A DNA stretch of 64,000 nucleotides, taken from contig NC_043014.1 in the NCBI RefSeq assembly GCF_006345805.1, forward strand, positions 18,104,001-18,168,000, read 5' to 3'. The notes under the pieces are model-generated. The model was not told the origin of the DNA and made no database searches. It saw nothing but the letters and a program-made list of their open reading frames with translations. The stretch comes from Octopus sinensis (lineage: Eukaryota). The position numbers and the translations under genes are program-made. This document shows positions 53,480 through 64,000 of this stretch, one piece after another (the stretch's first letter is position 1; each line of letters begins with the position of its first letter).

Positions 53480-53529
53480 AGCCTGCATTTTTTAATCGTT
53501 CCCAAGGTGCATCTTGGACTGTTTCTATT

Positions 53530-53700
53530 TCCAAGGGCTGTTTATATTTCCAACCCCCATATTCTGGTTATTTATATTTCCAGATATTTATATTTGAATA
53601 GTTTCTCCATTTGTTTTAGAAATACATTATCGTCTGTCGGGATTGACATTTCGATTGTGAATCTCTTCCAAGAGTCTGGCTCAGCCATCTTCGTAGGTGT
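53530..53700 (-). mobile_element. R4/Dong-type restriction-like endonuclease fragment
   Basis: IEMSIPTDDNVFLKQMEKLFKYKYLEI*ITRIWGL matches the RLE D...EK..KY..L pattern. Confidence 0.65.
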
Positions 53701-55884
53701 GTTTTCTTCCAAGACTGAGTCGCCGGAGACTTGTGCTTGTTTTTATTCTCCCTAACCTCAATTGGAAGCACTGGGATCGATGTAATCGATTTCCCCGCTC
53801 CCCCTAAATTGCTGGCTTATTATTGTTATTAAATTGATGGCATAGCAAGATGATTTAAATATCGGAATATATGCCTTGTGATATTTATTTCGGCCTTTTA
53901 TATTCTGAGTTCAATTGCAATTGAGGTTAACTTTGGCTCCTCACCCCTCGATGGTCGATAAAATGAAATACCAGTCAAATAGTAGGGTTGATAGTATCGA
54001 CTAAACTTTTCTCCCATAATACTGTTGATGCTATTTCTTAACGACAAACCATTAATTCACAAAGAAACGTGAATAATCAGTTAGCAGGGGTTCCCTACCG
54101 GGGTCTATATAACCGTTGGTGGTCCATATAGGATTTTCTTGTTAAGATTTATATGCAATGCATTGCTTACAATACACAAAATATTCTAATTTTTACAAAA
54201 ATTCAATTACTAATAATATTTATTTATACAAAAACGGTAGGATGTTTCTTTATACACATCAAATGACTATGGGGGTCCGTGGAGTAAAATAGGAATCATA
54301 GGTAAAAATATTTGAGATCCATTGAGTTAGAGCGTCGGATAATATGCCAAGCCTTATTTGTTCCGAGCTTTCACGTTCCGATTTCAGTCAAAGTGTTAAA
54401 GTAATGAAACAGCCAAATATCGAGGTTGAACTAATCGAATATTAACGCACCATTCTATAAAAAATTCTGATCTAGTACCTGTATTAACAGCATTATCATC
54501 ATTTTCTTTATGACACCACGGAAATACGGTGTATTTTAAGGGAAGAGGGAGCCTATATTTTGTAATATCTGTCTATTTCTCAAATGCATGAGAATGAAGC
54601 AAAAGTCAACCCTCAATTACTTAGACTCGACGATTCACGTGACACTTCATGAAGCGCCTTTGCAGCCAACTCCCTTAAGTTACATTCTACAGCCTGAAAT
54701 AGAGAAAGAGCGTTGTCCATAGCAGTTCTTGATATAAAGAAAGACGGAATGCTCATGGCCGCGACATTCATCATAGGTCTGCTAAGTCAGAGCTGAGTTG
54801 AGGCTAAGCATTATCATTCGACAATAACAGCAACAAAAAGCAATGACAACAATAACAACAAAATTAAAACAAAATAGCAACAGAAACAACAACAACAATA
54901 TATCAGGAGCCTTTACAGTGTTAGCAACCTTTAACCATCTTTGCGAGTACCGCAGAATATATTTGGATTTACTAAAAACACATTCAAGGCAATAATGCGT
55001 TTTTTTTTTCTAGATTTCTTTTCTTATTGTAATTGAAGGTTACGTGGTGCAAACCCATAACGTTGATTTTATTTTTATAACTTCGTCTTGAAGAAAGGCA
55101 CTAAGAACGATGATGGCAGACCCGTCCATATCGGTGAGATCAATACTATTCATGACCAACAAGTGGATATGTTGAAGAAAACACGCGGGTGGGAAGGAAA
55201 ACATCATTGCAAGTTAGAAGTGCTAACTGTCTAAGCCATTCCTAGGATTACACTGAACAGCAAATGAACCTACGAATAGAAGCGAATGTCTCCGCTGTAC
55301 AGCAATAAGACCTCTGTTATCTTATTTTCTGAAATCCTAGCAATGAAAAGATACAGCTGCGTACATTGATTTATTTTTCAATATAGCCCCATGTCTTTAT
55401 TCCAGTCTTTCAAAACAAGAACCAGCGAATTTAACAACAGTTTTCTTTCTATCTTATTGCCGTACATATCCTGTATCAACAATTATCTTGAAAAAACTAC
55501 AAAGATCAAGTATATATATTTAACACTCTATGCCCTATTGTTATTGTTTTAATGTTAACTGCATTAGATGTGTTATTAACCTCTAAAGTTCTCAGTAAAC
55601 TTTATCAGACCACATTTCAGTCTAAGTACTATATTACTGTGTATGATAATAAAGCCATTTAACAACAGACCTCTTTACCATAATGCAGAAATATCTTAAA
55701 TGAAAAAAAAAGAGAGACAAAATAACTAGAAAGCTATTGAGTGCACACACATATAAAATTAACCACTGTGCCTGTTAACTATGTATTAGTTAATATTAAA
55801 ACAATTATGTAATTTCAATGTATGTACAGAGAAACCACCGATTTTCCGATATCCTTGCTTCCAAATCCTCGATAGATTAACCGT

Positions 55885-56560
55885 CTAAATTTGTAGAGAG
55901 GACTAAGTCGATGACATCGACCCTATTATTCAACTGGTACTTATTCTATTGACCCCGAAAGGAGGAAAGACAAAGTCGACCACGGTGGAATTTGAACCCA
56001 GAACATAAAAACGGACGAAATGCCGCTAAGCATTTTGCTCGGCATGCTAACGATTCTGCCAGCTCGCCGCCTTTACTGTTTGTGTAATAATGACAACTAT
56101 ATTCTTTTCTACTCTAGACACAACGCCCGAAATTTTTGAGGAGGTGGGGGCAGTCGATTAAATCGACCTAGTACGCAACTGGTACTTAATTTATTGGTGA
56201 AGGCGTGTGGCTTAGTGGTTAGAGTGTCAGCACCATGATTATAGTTTCGCTTCCTGGACCGGGCGACTCGTTGTGTTCTTGAGTAAAACACTTCATTTCA
56301 CGTTGCTCCAGTCCACTCAGCTGGCAAAAATGAGTAACACTGCGATGGACTGGCGTCCCATCCAGCTGGCAACACATACACCATAGAAACCGGGACACTG
56401 GGCCCATGAGCCTGGTTAGGCTTTAAAAAGGGCTCATTTATTTATTTTATTACTTAATTTATCGACCCCGAAAGAATGAAAGGCAAAGTCGACCGCAGCG
56501 GAATTTGAACTCAGTACCCAAAGACGAAATACTGCTAAGCGCCGGCGTGCTAACCTTTCT
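55885..56560 (-). mobile_element. Two SINE family A copies (55885-56072 and 56108-56560), the second interrupted by a SINE C insertion
   Basis: Family-A body and head motifs on the minus strand. Confidence 0.8.
56195..56450 (+). mobile_element. tRNA-derived SINE (family C-related) with a 12-bp target-site duplication
   Basis: ggcgtgtggcttagtggttagagtg head, (TTTA)-like tail; TSD tacttaatttat at 56183-56194 and 56451-56462. Confidence 0.85.
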
Positions 56561-57099
56561 GCCTTTACTGTTCGTGTAATAATGACAACTACATTACAAT
56601 GTTAATAATACCATCACTGTTAACAATATTAAGTGCATCTTACAGTGACCGCTAGCAAATTACATTTAAATGTATGTATCTTGTTTCTATAAATGTTAAT
56701 TAAGACATTTCAGAGCATCCCTACACCTCTAAGGATATATCTTATTGTGACCGCTAGCAAATGACTATTTCAATGCATGTATCACATTACTACGAAATCC
56801 AATGCGCTGAGCAACGTAGAAGTAGGTAAAGTTAAAACCACATATATACATATGTTAATCAAGGCATTTCAGAACAGCTTCTCTATCCCAGAGTTACTTC
56901 TCTATCTTTCTGTTTAAAACCCAGTTCCTAACTCAGTTGGGTAGCTACTGTACTTTGTTCACAACGATCACGGGTTCAAGCTCATGCTTATATACTTTCT
57001 CAAATCTTTCAATGTGTTACCAACGTATTATCTCACCTTATTAAATGCGAAATTTTGCAGACGTCCTTGTATATGTGTGCGTGTATATTTTTAACGACT

Positions 57100-58350
57100 A
57101 AATCAGAGGAAAAGTGACCCCTGTATCATAGTTGTAGGTATTTTATTGACTCTGGAGATACGATAGGCAAAAGTTGACCTTGATGGGATTTGAACTCAGA
57201 ACATAAAATAATTAAAAGCGATATTGCAATGCCTTTCACCGAACGCTCAAACGCTTCTGTTAACAACCCTTAATAGTATTTGTTTGTAACATAGGCGCAA
57301 TGCCTGCAATTTTGGGAGGGATTTAGTCGATTAAATTGTCTCCAGCTGTTGACTACTACTTTATTTTACCGACCCTGTACGAAAGGCAAAGCTGACCTAT
57401 TAGGAAATGATCTCAGAGCATAAAGAACCACTACTACTAATTTATCACCCTATGGTTTTAACATAGTTACAAAACCATACATTTCGAATGAGGGATGACC
57501 CGATTAAATCGACACTAGTACTTGAATGGTAGCTCATTTTATCGAACCAGGAAAGACGAAAGATACAGTTTACGAGGGCGTGGTTTGATGTCAGAATGTA
57601 AAGATCAGGAACGAATACTGCAAGACATTTAGTGCTATCGAGCCAATGATTTTTGCCATCCTAAATAATGATTTCTTACATAACTACAAATTTGGTGGTG
57701 GAGTATAGACACTAATATCGACCTTGGTACTCGACTAGTATTTTATTTCTCCATCTCAGAAAGAGAAATATTAATTCGATGCAGGAGAAATGACTGTTAC
57801 GTTGTTATTTAACTTTGATCAAATATACCGAATATCAAAGCTCATCCAGTTGTTACCACTGTATGATTTTTAGTTTCAGTAAAAGGGTATCTAGGACTAC
57901 ATAATCTGATTTTATGCGTTTTTTTTAGAATGAAACAAAACAATTAAGAACAGTAGGGCCTATTTGGGAGAGATTTGACTGCCATGTTTTGTATAGGGCA
58001 ATCGCGTTGGATTGCCAGTATCTATTGAACGTTAAAAGATGCTTTGTGGTATTTCTTCGGTTCTTTAAAATAAAGTACCAGTTTTAGATCTAGGATGCAG
58101 ATAATTCGTAGCGACGAAGAATCTACTGACAAAACTGCTGGTGTTATACCTAAATTAGAAAATTATTATTATTACGAGGAGGAAGTCGGACGCAATTATT
58201 GATATTTCTTCCGTCTTGTTATGTTTCGAGTTCAAGCGACGCCGAGATAAACTTTGCCTCCCATCCCTTTTGGGGTTAATACAATAAGTACCACTTGGGC
58301 ACTGAGGTCAATGTAATAGGCTGGTCTTCCCTCTTGTCAAAATTTCTCTT
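57100..58350. mobile_element. Cluster of old, degraded SINE family A copies
   Basis: Scattered gatttgaactcagaac, aaggcaaagctgacc and gagttcaagc motifs. Confidence 0.55.
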
Positions 58351-59867
58351 CTTATGCCAAAATTAGAAAGAAAATTATTGCGAGGAAGAGGACGATATGC
58401 TCGGATGTAAAATAAAATAGTCAATGATATTTCAAAAATATGAATAGGAAAGATTTTCTCAATAGGATTTAAAGTCAGTTCGTAAAAGGATGTAATTAAC
58501 TACCTCAAGGTATTTTGCCCGTAAATCGACAGGTTCTGTCAAACCACATCAACAAGAAGAGAGTCATCAGTAATACTGGCATGAACAAGACAACAGAATG
58601 AATAAGGGAAACAATTCCGTGTAAAATTTAATTACGTCACTTCACATTCTTTTCCTTTCATCATTTTGTCAAATGCTGGAAGCAGCTATAGAAGTGATTT
58701 TCAAACAGAGTGCCACATGTTTTGCAAATTTCTAGAGCTATGATTTAAGTCTGTAGAAAAAAAAAAATCTATATTAACGTTTGACTGTTTTGAAAACCGA
58801 GTTATTCATAATTTTATTAACTGCGAATATGATTAATAAAAGCAGGTAAACAATTTTTGATATTTAAAAATTTTTTTAGTTGTTCCAAAAATTTCCATGC
58901 AAGGGGCGCCCATAATTATTTATCTTATTCCAAGTGTGTCACGAAGTGAAAAAGATTGAGAGCCATTGATCTCTACGAGATTTCCTCAAAATTATTTGAT
59001 CTGGTTACGTTAGAAATCATTTTTATTATTTTATAATTAGTGTAGTCGCATTGCCATCGACGGAGTATTTGGATATGCTTGTGTTGAGTCATGTTCCTGA
59101 AATAACAAACTTTTAATTTCCTCCAGCTCTTCTTTTAACTGCAAATAGAACCTCTAAAATAAAATATAAATCAGACACGGGGATTTACCTAAATATTCTT
59201 TTTCTACAAAAAAGTATTAAAAAACTATACAAAGTGAGAGGTGTCAACCAGCGTCAGCTGAACAATTCGAGTTAAATGGGCTTCGAATGGGTTTGAAAGG
59301 GAGAATAAAATTAGTTTTAAAGAGAAAAAGTGGAGCAGGAGGTTTTTTATTTCGTCAGTTGTTTTCATTTTCAACAAGTTTCAGAATCCGACTTTTGAGT
59401 ATCTACGAATACCTTGTTTTAATGAAATTGTAAGTTTATAAAGAAAACACAAGACATTGCTATCTTATCTTTGTGGTATGGAGTAACGAATTTTCTTGAA
59501 TTAGCCATTACTCCATTCATCTAAGTTCGCTTCTCAATGACAAATATTTTCTGTTTCCTTTTATGTTTGAGTGTTGGATTTTTTGTCTGATTTTTAGTCC
59601 TTCCATTTTTGTTTCCTTTTAGTATTATCTTTTACATTCTTTTATCCTATTTTATAATATTCTATTATTATTATTATTATAATAATAATTATTATTATTA
59701 TTATTATTATTGTTATCTTTTTTTTCCTCTTCTTTCAAATTTGCTTCCATTTCTTGCCGAGTGTCTTCCCGACTCCTTGGGCAAAGAAACTCATAGTATA
59801 CATTGGTAGGCCATTAAACTAAACTCAATAGTTCGTTCATTTTTTTTCTTTTTTTTTTAAAGTTAAA

Positions 59868-61106
59868 TTAAAATACTTTGATGGTTCGGTCTGTATGTAC
59901 TGGAAAGTCCCACAGAATCGTTACATTTCCTCCTTCAGTTACAGCTTCAGGGTGGTGATTATACCACTTGTCGGGAGTTTTGATATTGTAATGCCGACTT
60001 ATTAGCCAGTGTAGATATTGGCCAATTCTGTCATGTCTTAATTTATACTCCACAGGTGCTAAGACTTTACATCCAGAGATTAGGTGGTCCACTGTTTCAA
60101 TCCTGTCGTTGCAGAATCGGCATTTTGGGTCTGCTCCATTTTTCATCACATTGGTCTGGTACTTCCGGGTTAATAGGCTTTGATCTTGAGCAGCCAGGAT
60201 GAAACCTTCGCTCTCTGCTTTTAGCCCTGAGCTCCGTAGCCACTGATGGGTTTGCTTCTGGTCAACATCAGGTTGTTTGCTACGGGCCACATATTTGCCG
60301 TGCAGAGGTTTCTCCTCCCACCTATCAGCCAATTGCTCGTGCGCTTTTTTCGTTGCCATTATTTTCACCTTCTTTGCAACAATAGTTGCCGTACTTCCCT
60401 CGGGTTGTTCAGTTTGGGTATCCTGCACGAGATCATTAGCAAATTTTTTGCTTTCCTTTATGATAGAATGAAGCTTCTTTCGTCTCTCGTGATTTTCCAC
60501 GAGCTTTAGCATCCTATCATTCGTCATTTCAAGATATTTGGCCAGTCCAATTGTGGTTGTTTTGTAAGCTAGTTCAAATTGGATCAGGCCTCGACTTCCT
60601 TGGGCTCTGGGAAGGTAAAGGCGATCTACGTCTGCCTTTGGGTGGTGCATCCTATTACAACTCAGCAGCTTGCGTATATTCCTTTCTATATTCTTTACTT
60701 CACTCATATTCCAGTTCAACACATTGTAGCTATAAGTAACAACTGGAACTGCGAAGGAATTTATAGCTAACACCTTGTTACGTGCATTTAGTTCAGATTT
60801 CAGGACTGCACGAACTCTCCTATAACATTCCTTCCTGATCTTCTCTTTCATGATTGCATGCAGAATACCAGAGCCTTCATTTATCCCTAAATATTTGTAT
60901 GTTTGTTCTTGCTCAAGCTCTCTTATGACTGTGTCAACATCTAACACGACTGAATTTGTGGTCTTCACTTTCCCTTTCTGGAAAGTGGCCTTGGCACACT
61001 TCTCAAGCCCAAACTCCATCCCGATGTCATCGCTGAATGCTTTCACAGTGCGCAATAGGCCTTCAAGTTCATTATCGTCTTTACCATAGAGTTTTAAATC
61101 ATCCAT
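59868..61106 (-). pseudogene. Dong ORF C-terminal segment (RT catalytic/thumb region, CCHC finger, truncated RLE)
   Basis: YMDD motif at the start; ends ILWDFPVHTDRTIKVF* just before the expected PD..D catalytic residues. Confidence 0.9.
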
Positions 61107-61162
61107 ATAAAATAGACGGCTTATTTTTTTATTGGCAATTTTATACCCATACCCTGTTCTGT

Positions 61163-62365
61163 TTAATTCACTTGTAGGGCTATGCAGAATATTAAAGGTG
61201 AAAGTGAGTCACCTTGAAAAATTCCACAGTTGATGTTTATATTTTCTGAGGCAAGTACTCCATTAGATTGGTATAATTGGAGATTCGTATTCCACAACGA
61301 CATATTGTGCTTCAGGAAGCTTGAAATCACAGGGAAAATTTTGAAGATGTCCAGCGATCTCAAGATCCATGCATGCGGTATACTGTCGAAGGCTTTTTTA
61401 TAGTCAATCCATGCGGAGCTGAGATTTCTGCACTTGTTGTGACAGTTCTCAATACGATTAATTAGCAGTTGATTTTTGCATCCGTATGAGCCTCGGTGGC
61501 ACCCTTTTTGTTCAATGGGGAAAATATCGTTCTTCTCCATGAATGCATATGTTTTCTCCGCCAGGATAGATGTTAGGATTTTATAAATGGTGGATAGACT
61601 TGTTATAGGCCGATAGTTGGTTTCGTTATTCTTTGGGAGTAGGTAAGTAATACCACTTGCTAACCATTCAGGTGTTTTCTTTGGGTCTCTCATAATTCCA
61701 TTGAGCAGCTGAACTAGCTTACCGTGTGCGCATGGGAGCGATGCGAGCCAGAAATTCGGCACCCTATCTTTACCGGGGAATTTCAAATTATGGGCCTTCG
61801 TGAGTGCCTTTCTTAGGTCTGCTATTGTGATGTCTTCCCATGCTTGTTGTTGTAAATTTTGGTAGGATCCTTCTGTTTGTATAATCCAGTCTGCATTTAT
61901 GTTGTACGTCTTCTTGTCACTCCAAATCTTTTTCCAAAAGTTTTGAACTTCTTCCATGGGAGGGGGGTCTTTAACGGTTACTTTCTCCTTCCCTATTTCT
62001 CTGTAGAATTTTTTGGCATTGGACGTGAACAGCTTATTTTGCTTGTAAAACTTGTTTCTCTTCTCAAATCCTCGTATTCTTTGGGCTTCTGCTTGGACTT
62101 TTTGTTTCAGCGTTTCTTTTATTGATATCAGTTCTTCTCTTGGTGAGGATCCAAATTTTCTCTTCATCTTTCTTCTTGTTCTGGATCTTACATCATTTCC
62201 ACATATTAGTTCATTTAATATTGATATTCCCACTCTCATAAATTCAATCTCTTTTTCAATTTTACTTCTCCAGGTTTGATTTCTTCCCAGGTTTGGTTTT
62301 CTTTGTTTTTTTCGGGGGCGTACAGCTGGTTTTAATTGCCCTAGCAGAAGCGTAAATAATTTCAT
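61163..62365 (-). pseudogene. Dong ORF middle segment (RT N-terminal half)
   Basis: 400-aa ORF with RT domains up to QGDSLSPL. Confidence 0.9.
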
Positions 62366-63218
62366 TTAATTCAGTAAAATCAGGTTTTAATTCTTGTATT
62401 ATTTCATTTGTTACATAGTTGCCAATTTTGATTTCTTCTTTATTTTGGTTTGTATTTGAGAGTTTATGAAGTGGTTCTCTATCATTCATACTTGTATGTC
62501 TTACAACTTCAAGCGTATTCAGGATTTTCTGCCTCATTTCTGCCATAGACTCTCTGTGTTCTTCAGCAAATGCGAGATTTTCAGTTACTGTTGTTTTATA
62601 ATTTTCCTGGCTATCTTTAACAGGTTCAATAGAATTTCTTGTATCTTCAGGCCTTTGCGTACTTTGGTCAGATGGCAGTCTTTCAATTAAGCCTCGTTGC
62701 GGGCTATACTGTTCATCTGATTCTTCATTTCCTTTGTGTCTTATATTTATGTCACTTTCCGTTGCATGCTTGATCGCGCTTATTTCACTGTCTGTGAGTC
62801 TGTTATTTCTAAGGATATCCCTCCTTACATTTGCCAATTTGTTCTCGTCCAAATAGGGCCTACTGTCTTGATTCCGTGTTCTCCACTTACTGTAAGAGTT
62901 TGCGGTGTGTCTCTCTTGAGATGGCCTACCTAATGCATAGTAATAAGCGTATATTACTTCTTTATACTCTTCTCGGGTCCATTTGTTCCGCTTACATTTT
63001 TCTTTCTGTGGTGGTTGTGGTGGTGAACTTGGAGGGCTCGAGTTGGGGGATTTCCCGTTCAAGTGACCATCCATGTCCGTATTCGGAGAAGAATTTGTGC
63101 CAGTTGATGACTTTTCGATCCCAGGCTGGCTCTTCCCTGGGGGACGCGCTTCCAGATTAACCATAGGACAAGCGATTTGGTATACTGATTTAGTTTTCCT
63201 TTTAGTTTCCAAAAACAT
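62262..63218 (-). pseudogene. Dong ORF N-terminal segment (Myb-like KWTREEYKEV region)
   Basis: 318-aa ORF overlapping the next segment by frameshift; RNKWTREEYKEVIYAYY and LANVRRDILRNNRLTDSEI are typical of R4/Dong N-termini. Confidence 0.75.
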
Positions 63219-63584
63219 TTTGGTGCTACGATAATGTTATCATTTTTGAGCTTTGATTGGCTCGTGGGGAGACGGCCATCATTGCCGTTACAATTATAAT
63301 CGTACTATTATAGCAGCCGTAGTCGGCTTATTATTGTTATTATCCTCACCATTATTATCACTATTATCATTATTACCACTATTACTATCATCATTATCAT
63401 CATCACCATCACCATCACCATCACCATCATCATCATCATCAATGTCTGTTTCGTTGGCTGGCTGGGTGGTTGGCTGGCTGGCTGTCTTCAACTTCAGAAT
63501 TCTTGCCTGTCAAATAATACTTTCATATTTGGTTAACATCTAAAGAGCCGAGGTGAGGTTTGTGTTGGCTGAACTCTAAATTAA

Positions 63585-63638
<54 letters not shown>

Positions 63639-63679
63639 CATCATCATCATCACCCATAGAGACTGGTGGATTGGAAGAC

Positions 63680-64000
63680 TTATTAGAACATTGGCTAAAT
63701 GCATTGCATATTTTGTTCTGGATTTTTACATTCTGACTTCAAAACATACTGGGAACAACTTTGCCTTTTATCCTTCTAGCAACAGAAACCATAGTCAAGT
63801 ACTGGAGATAAATATCAATGGAATGTCTCCACCAACTTTCTGACATTTCCCTATGTTAGAGACAAATATTATAATCACTTAAACACTCACCCACCGCAAA
63901 GGAAACTAATAGATGGTAGAATTGAGTGGAGCTAAATTACTTTTTAGTATTTAGTTTCCTCTCTTTATATCCTGAGTTCAAACTTCGCCAGCATCGGTTT
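63680..64000 (+). mobile_element. Degraded SINE family A copies
   Basis: ttctgacttcaaa..., actttgccttttatcc, cctgagttcaaacttcgcc. Confidence 0.5.

Larger units (their letters stand above)
59660..63290 (-). mobile_element. Near full-length R4/Dong-clade non-LTR retrotransposon (single frameshifted ORF: RT plus truncated RLE)
   Basis: RT motifs NYRPIT, QKGC, WIDYKKAFDSIPH, GIFQGDSLSPL and FYMDDLKLY; CCHC finger KCRFC..ETVDHLISGC and RHD; 3' end runs into (AAT)n; simple ATT/ATC repeats upstream of the 5' end. Confidence 0.92.

Noticed and set aside
53228-53488. 86-aa ORF as a gene
   Set aside because: It coincides with the mariner-type MITE and is non-coding.
54085-54324. hAT-like MITE
   Set aside because: The ends resemble caggggttc-type TIRs but match each other poorly, and no TSD was seen.
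63215-63290. HDV-like ribozyme at the Dong 5' end
   Set aside because: A possible P3/L3 (ctc-ccccac-gag) and partial P1 exist, but I could not place P2; needs an RNAmotif/Infernal search.

Overview
AT-rich, microsatellite-dense eukaryotic (metazoan) DNA made almost entirely of transposable-element debris. The SINE families and repeat landscape look like an octopus/cephalopod genome (inference from recognition, not a database search). I found no convincing host-gene exon. Identifiable elements: a near full-length, frameshifted R4/Dong-clade non-LTR retrotransposon (59.7-63.3 kb, minus), Tx1/L1-like LINE remnants, Tc1 and mariner transposase pseudogenes, a Helitron cluster with a PIF1-type helicase fragment, three tRNA-derived SINE families, a ~550-bp element inserted in (AAT)n tracts, and a Penelope-like ORF fragment. 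The standout is 30757-33860: a ~489-bp tandem array (5 full units + a partial, then ~1.2 units inverted). Every unit carries a complete type I hammerhead ribozyme (CUGAAGA / long stem II / GAAA / palindromic stem III / GUA), which is the architecture of a retrozyme predicted to yield ~490-nt self-cleaved, possibly circular RNA. It lies in a ~10-kb neighbourhood (29-39 kb) with further intact and decayed hammerheads in fold-back structures. All ribozyme calls come from manual base-pairing; none has been run through a covariance model or tested. Most ORFs in the supplied track are microsatellite read-through artefacts. Coordinates of degraded elements are approximate.
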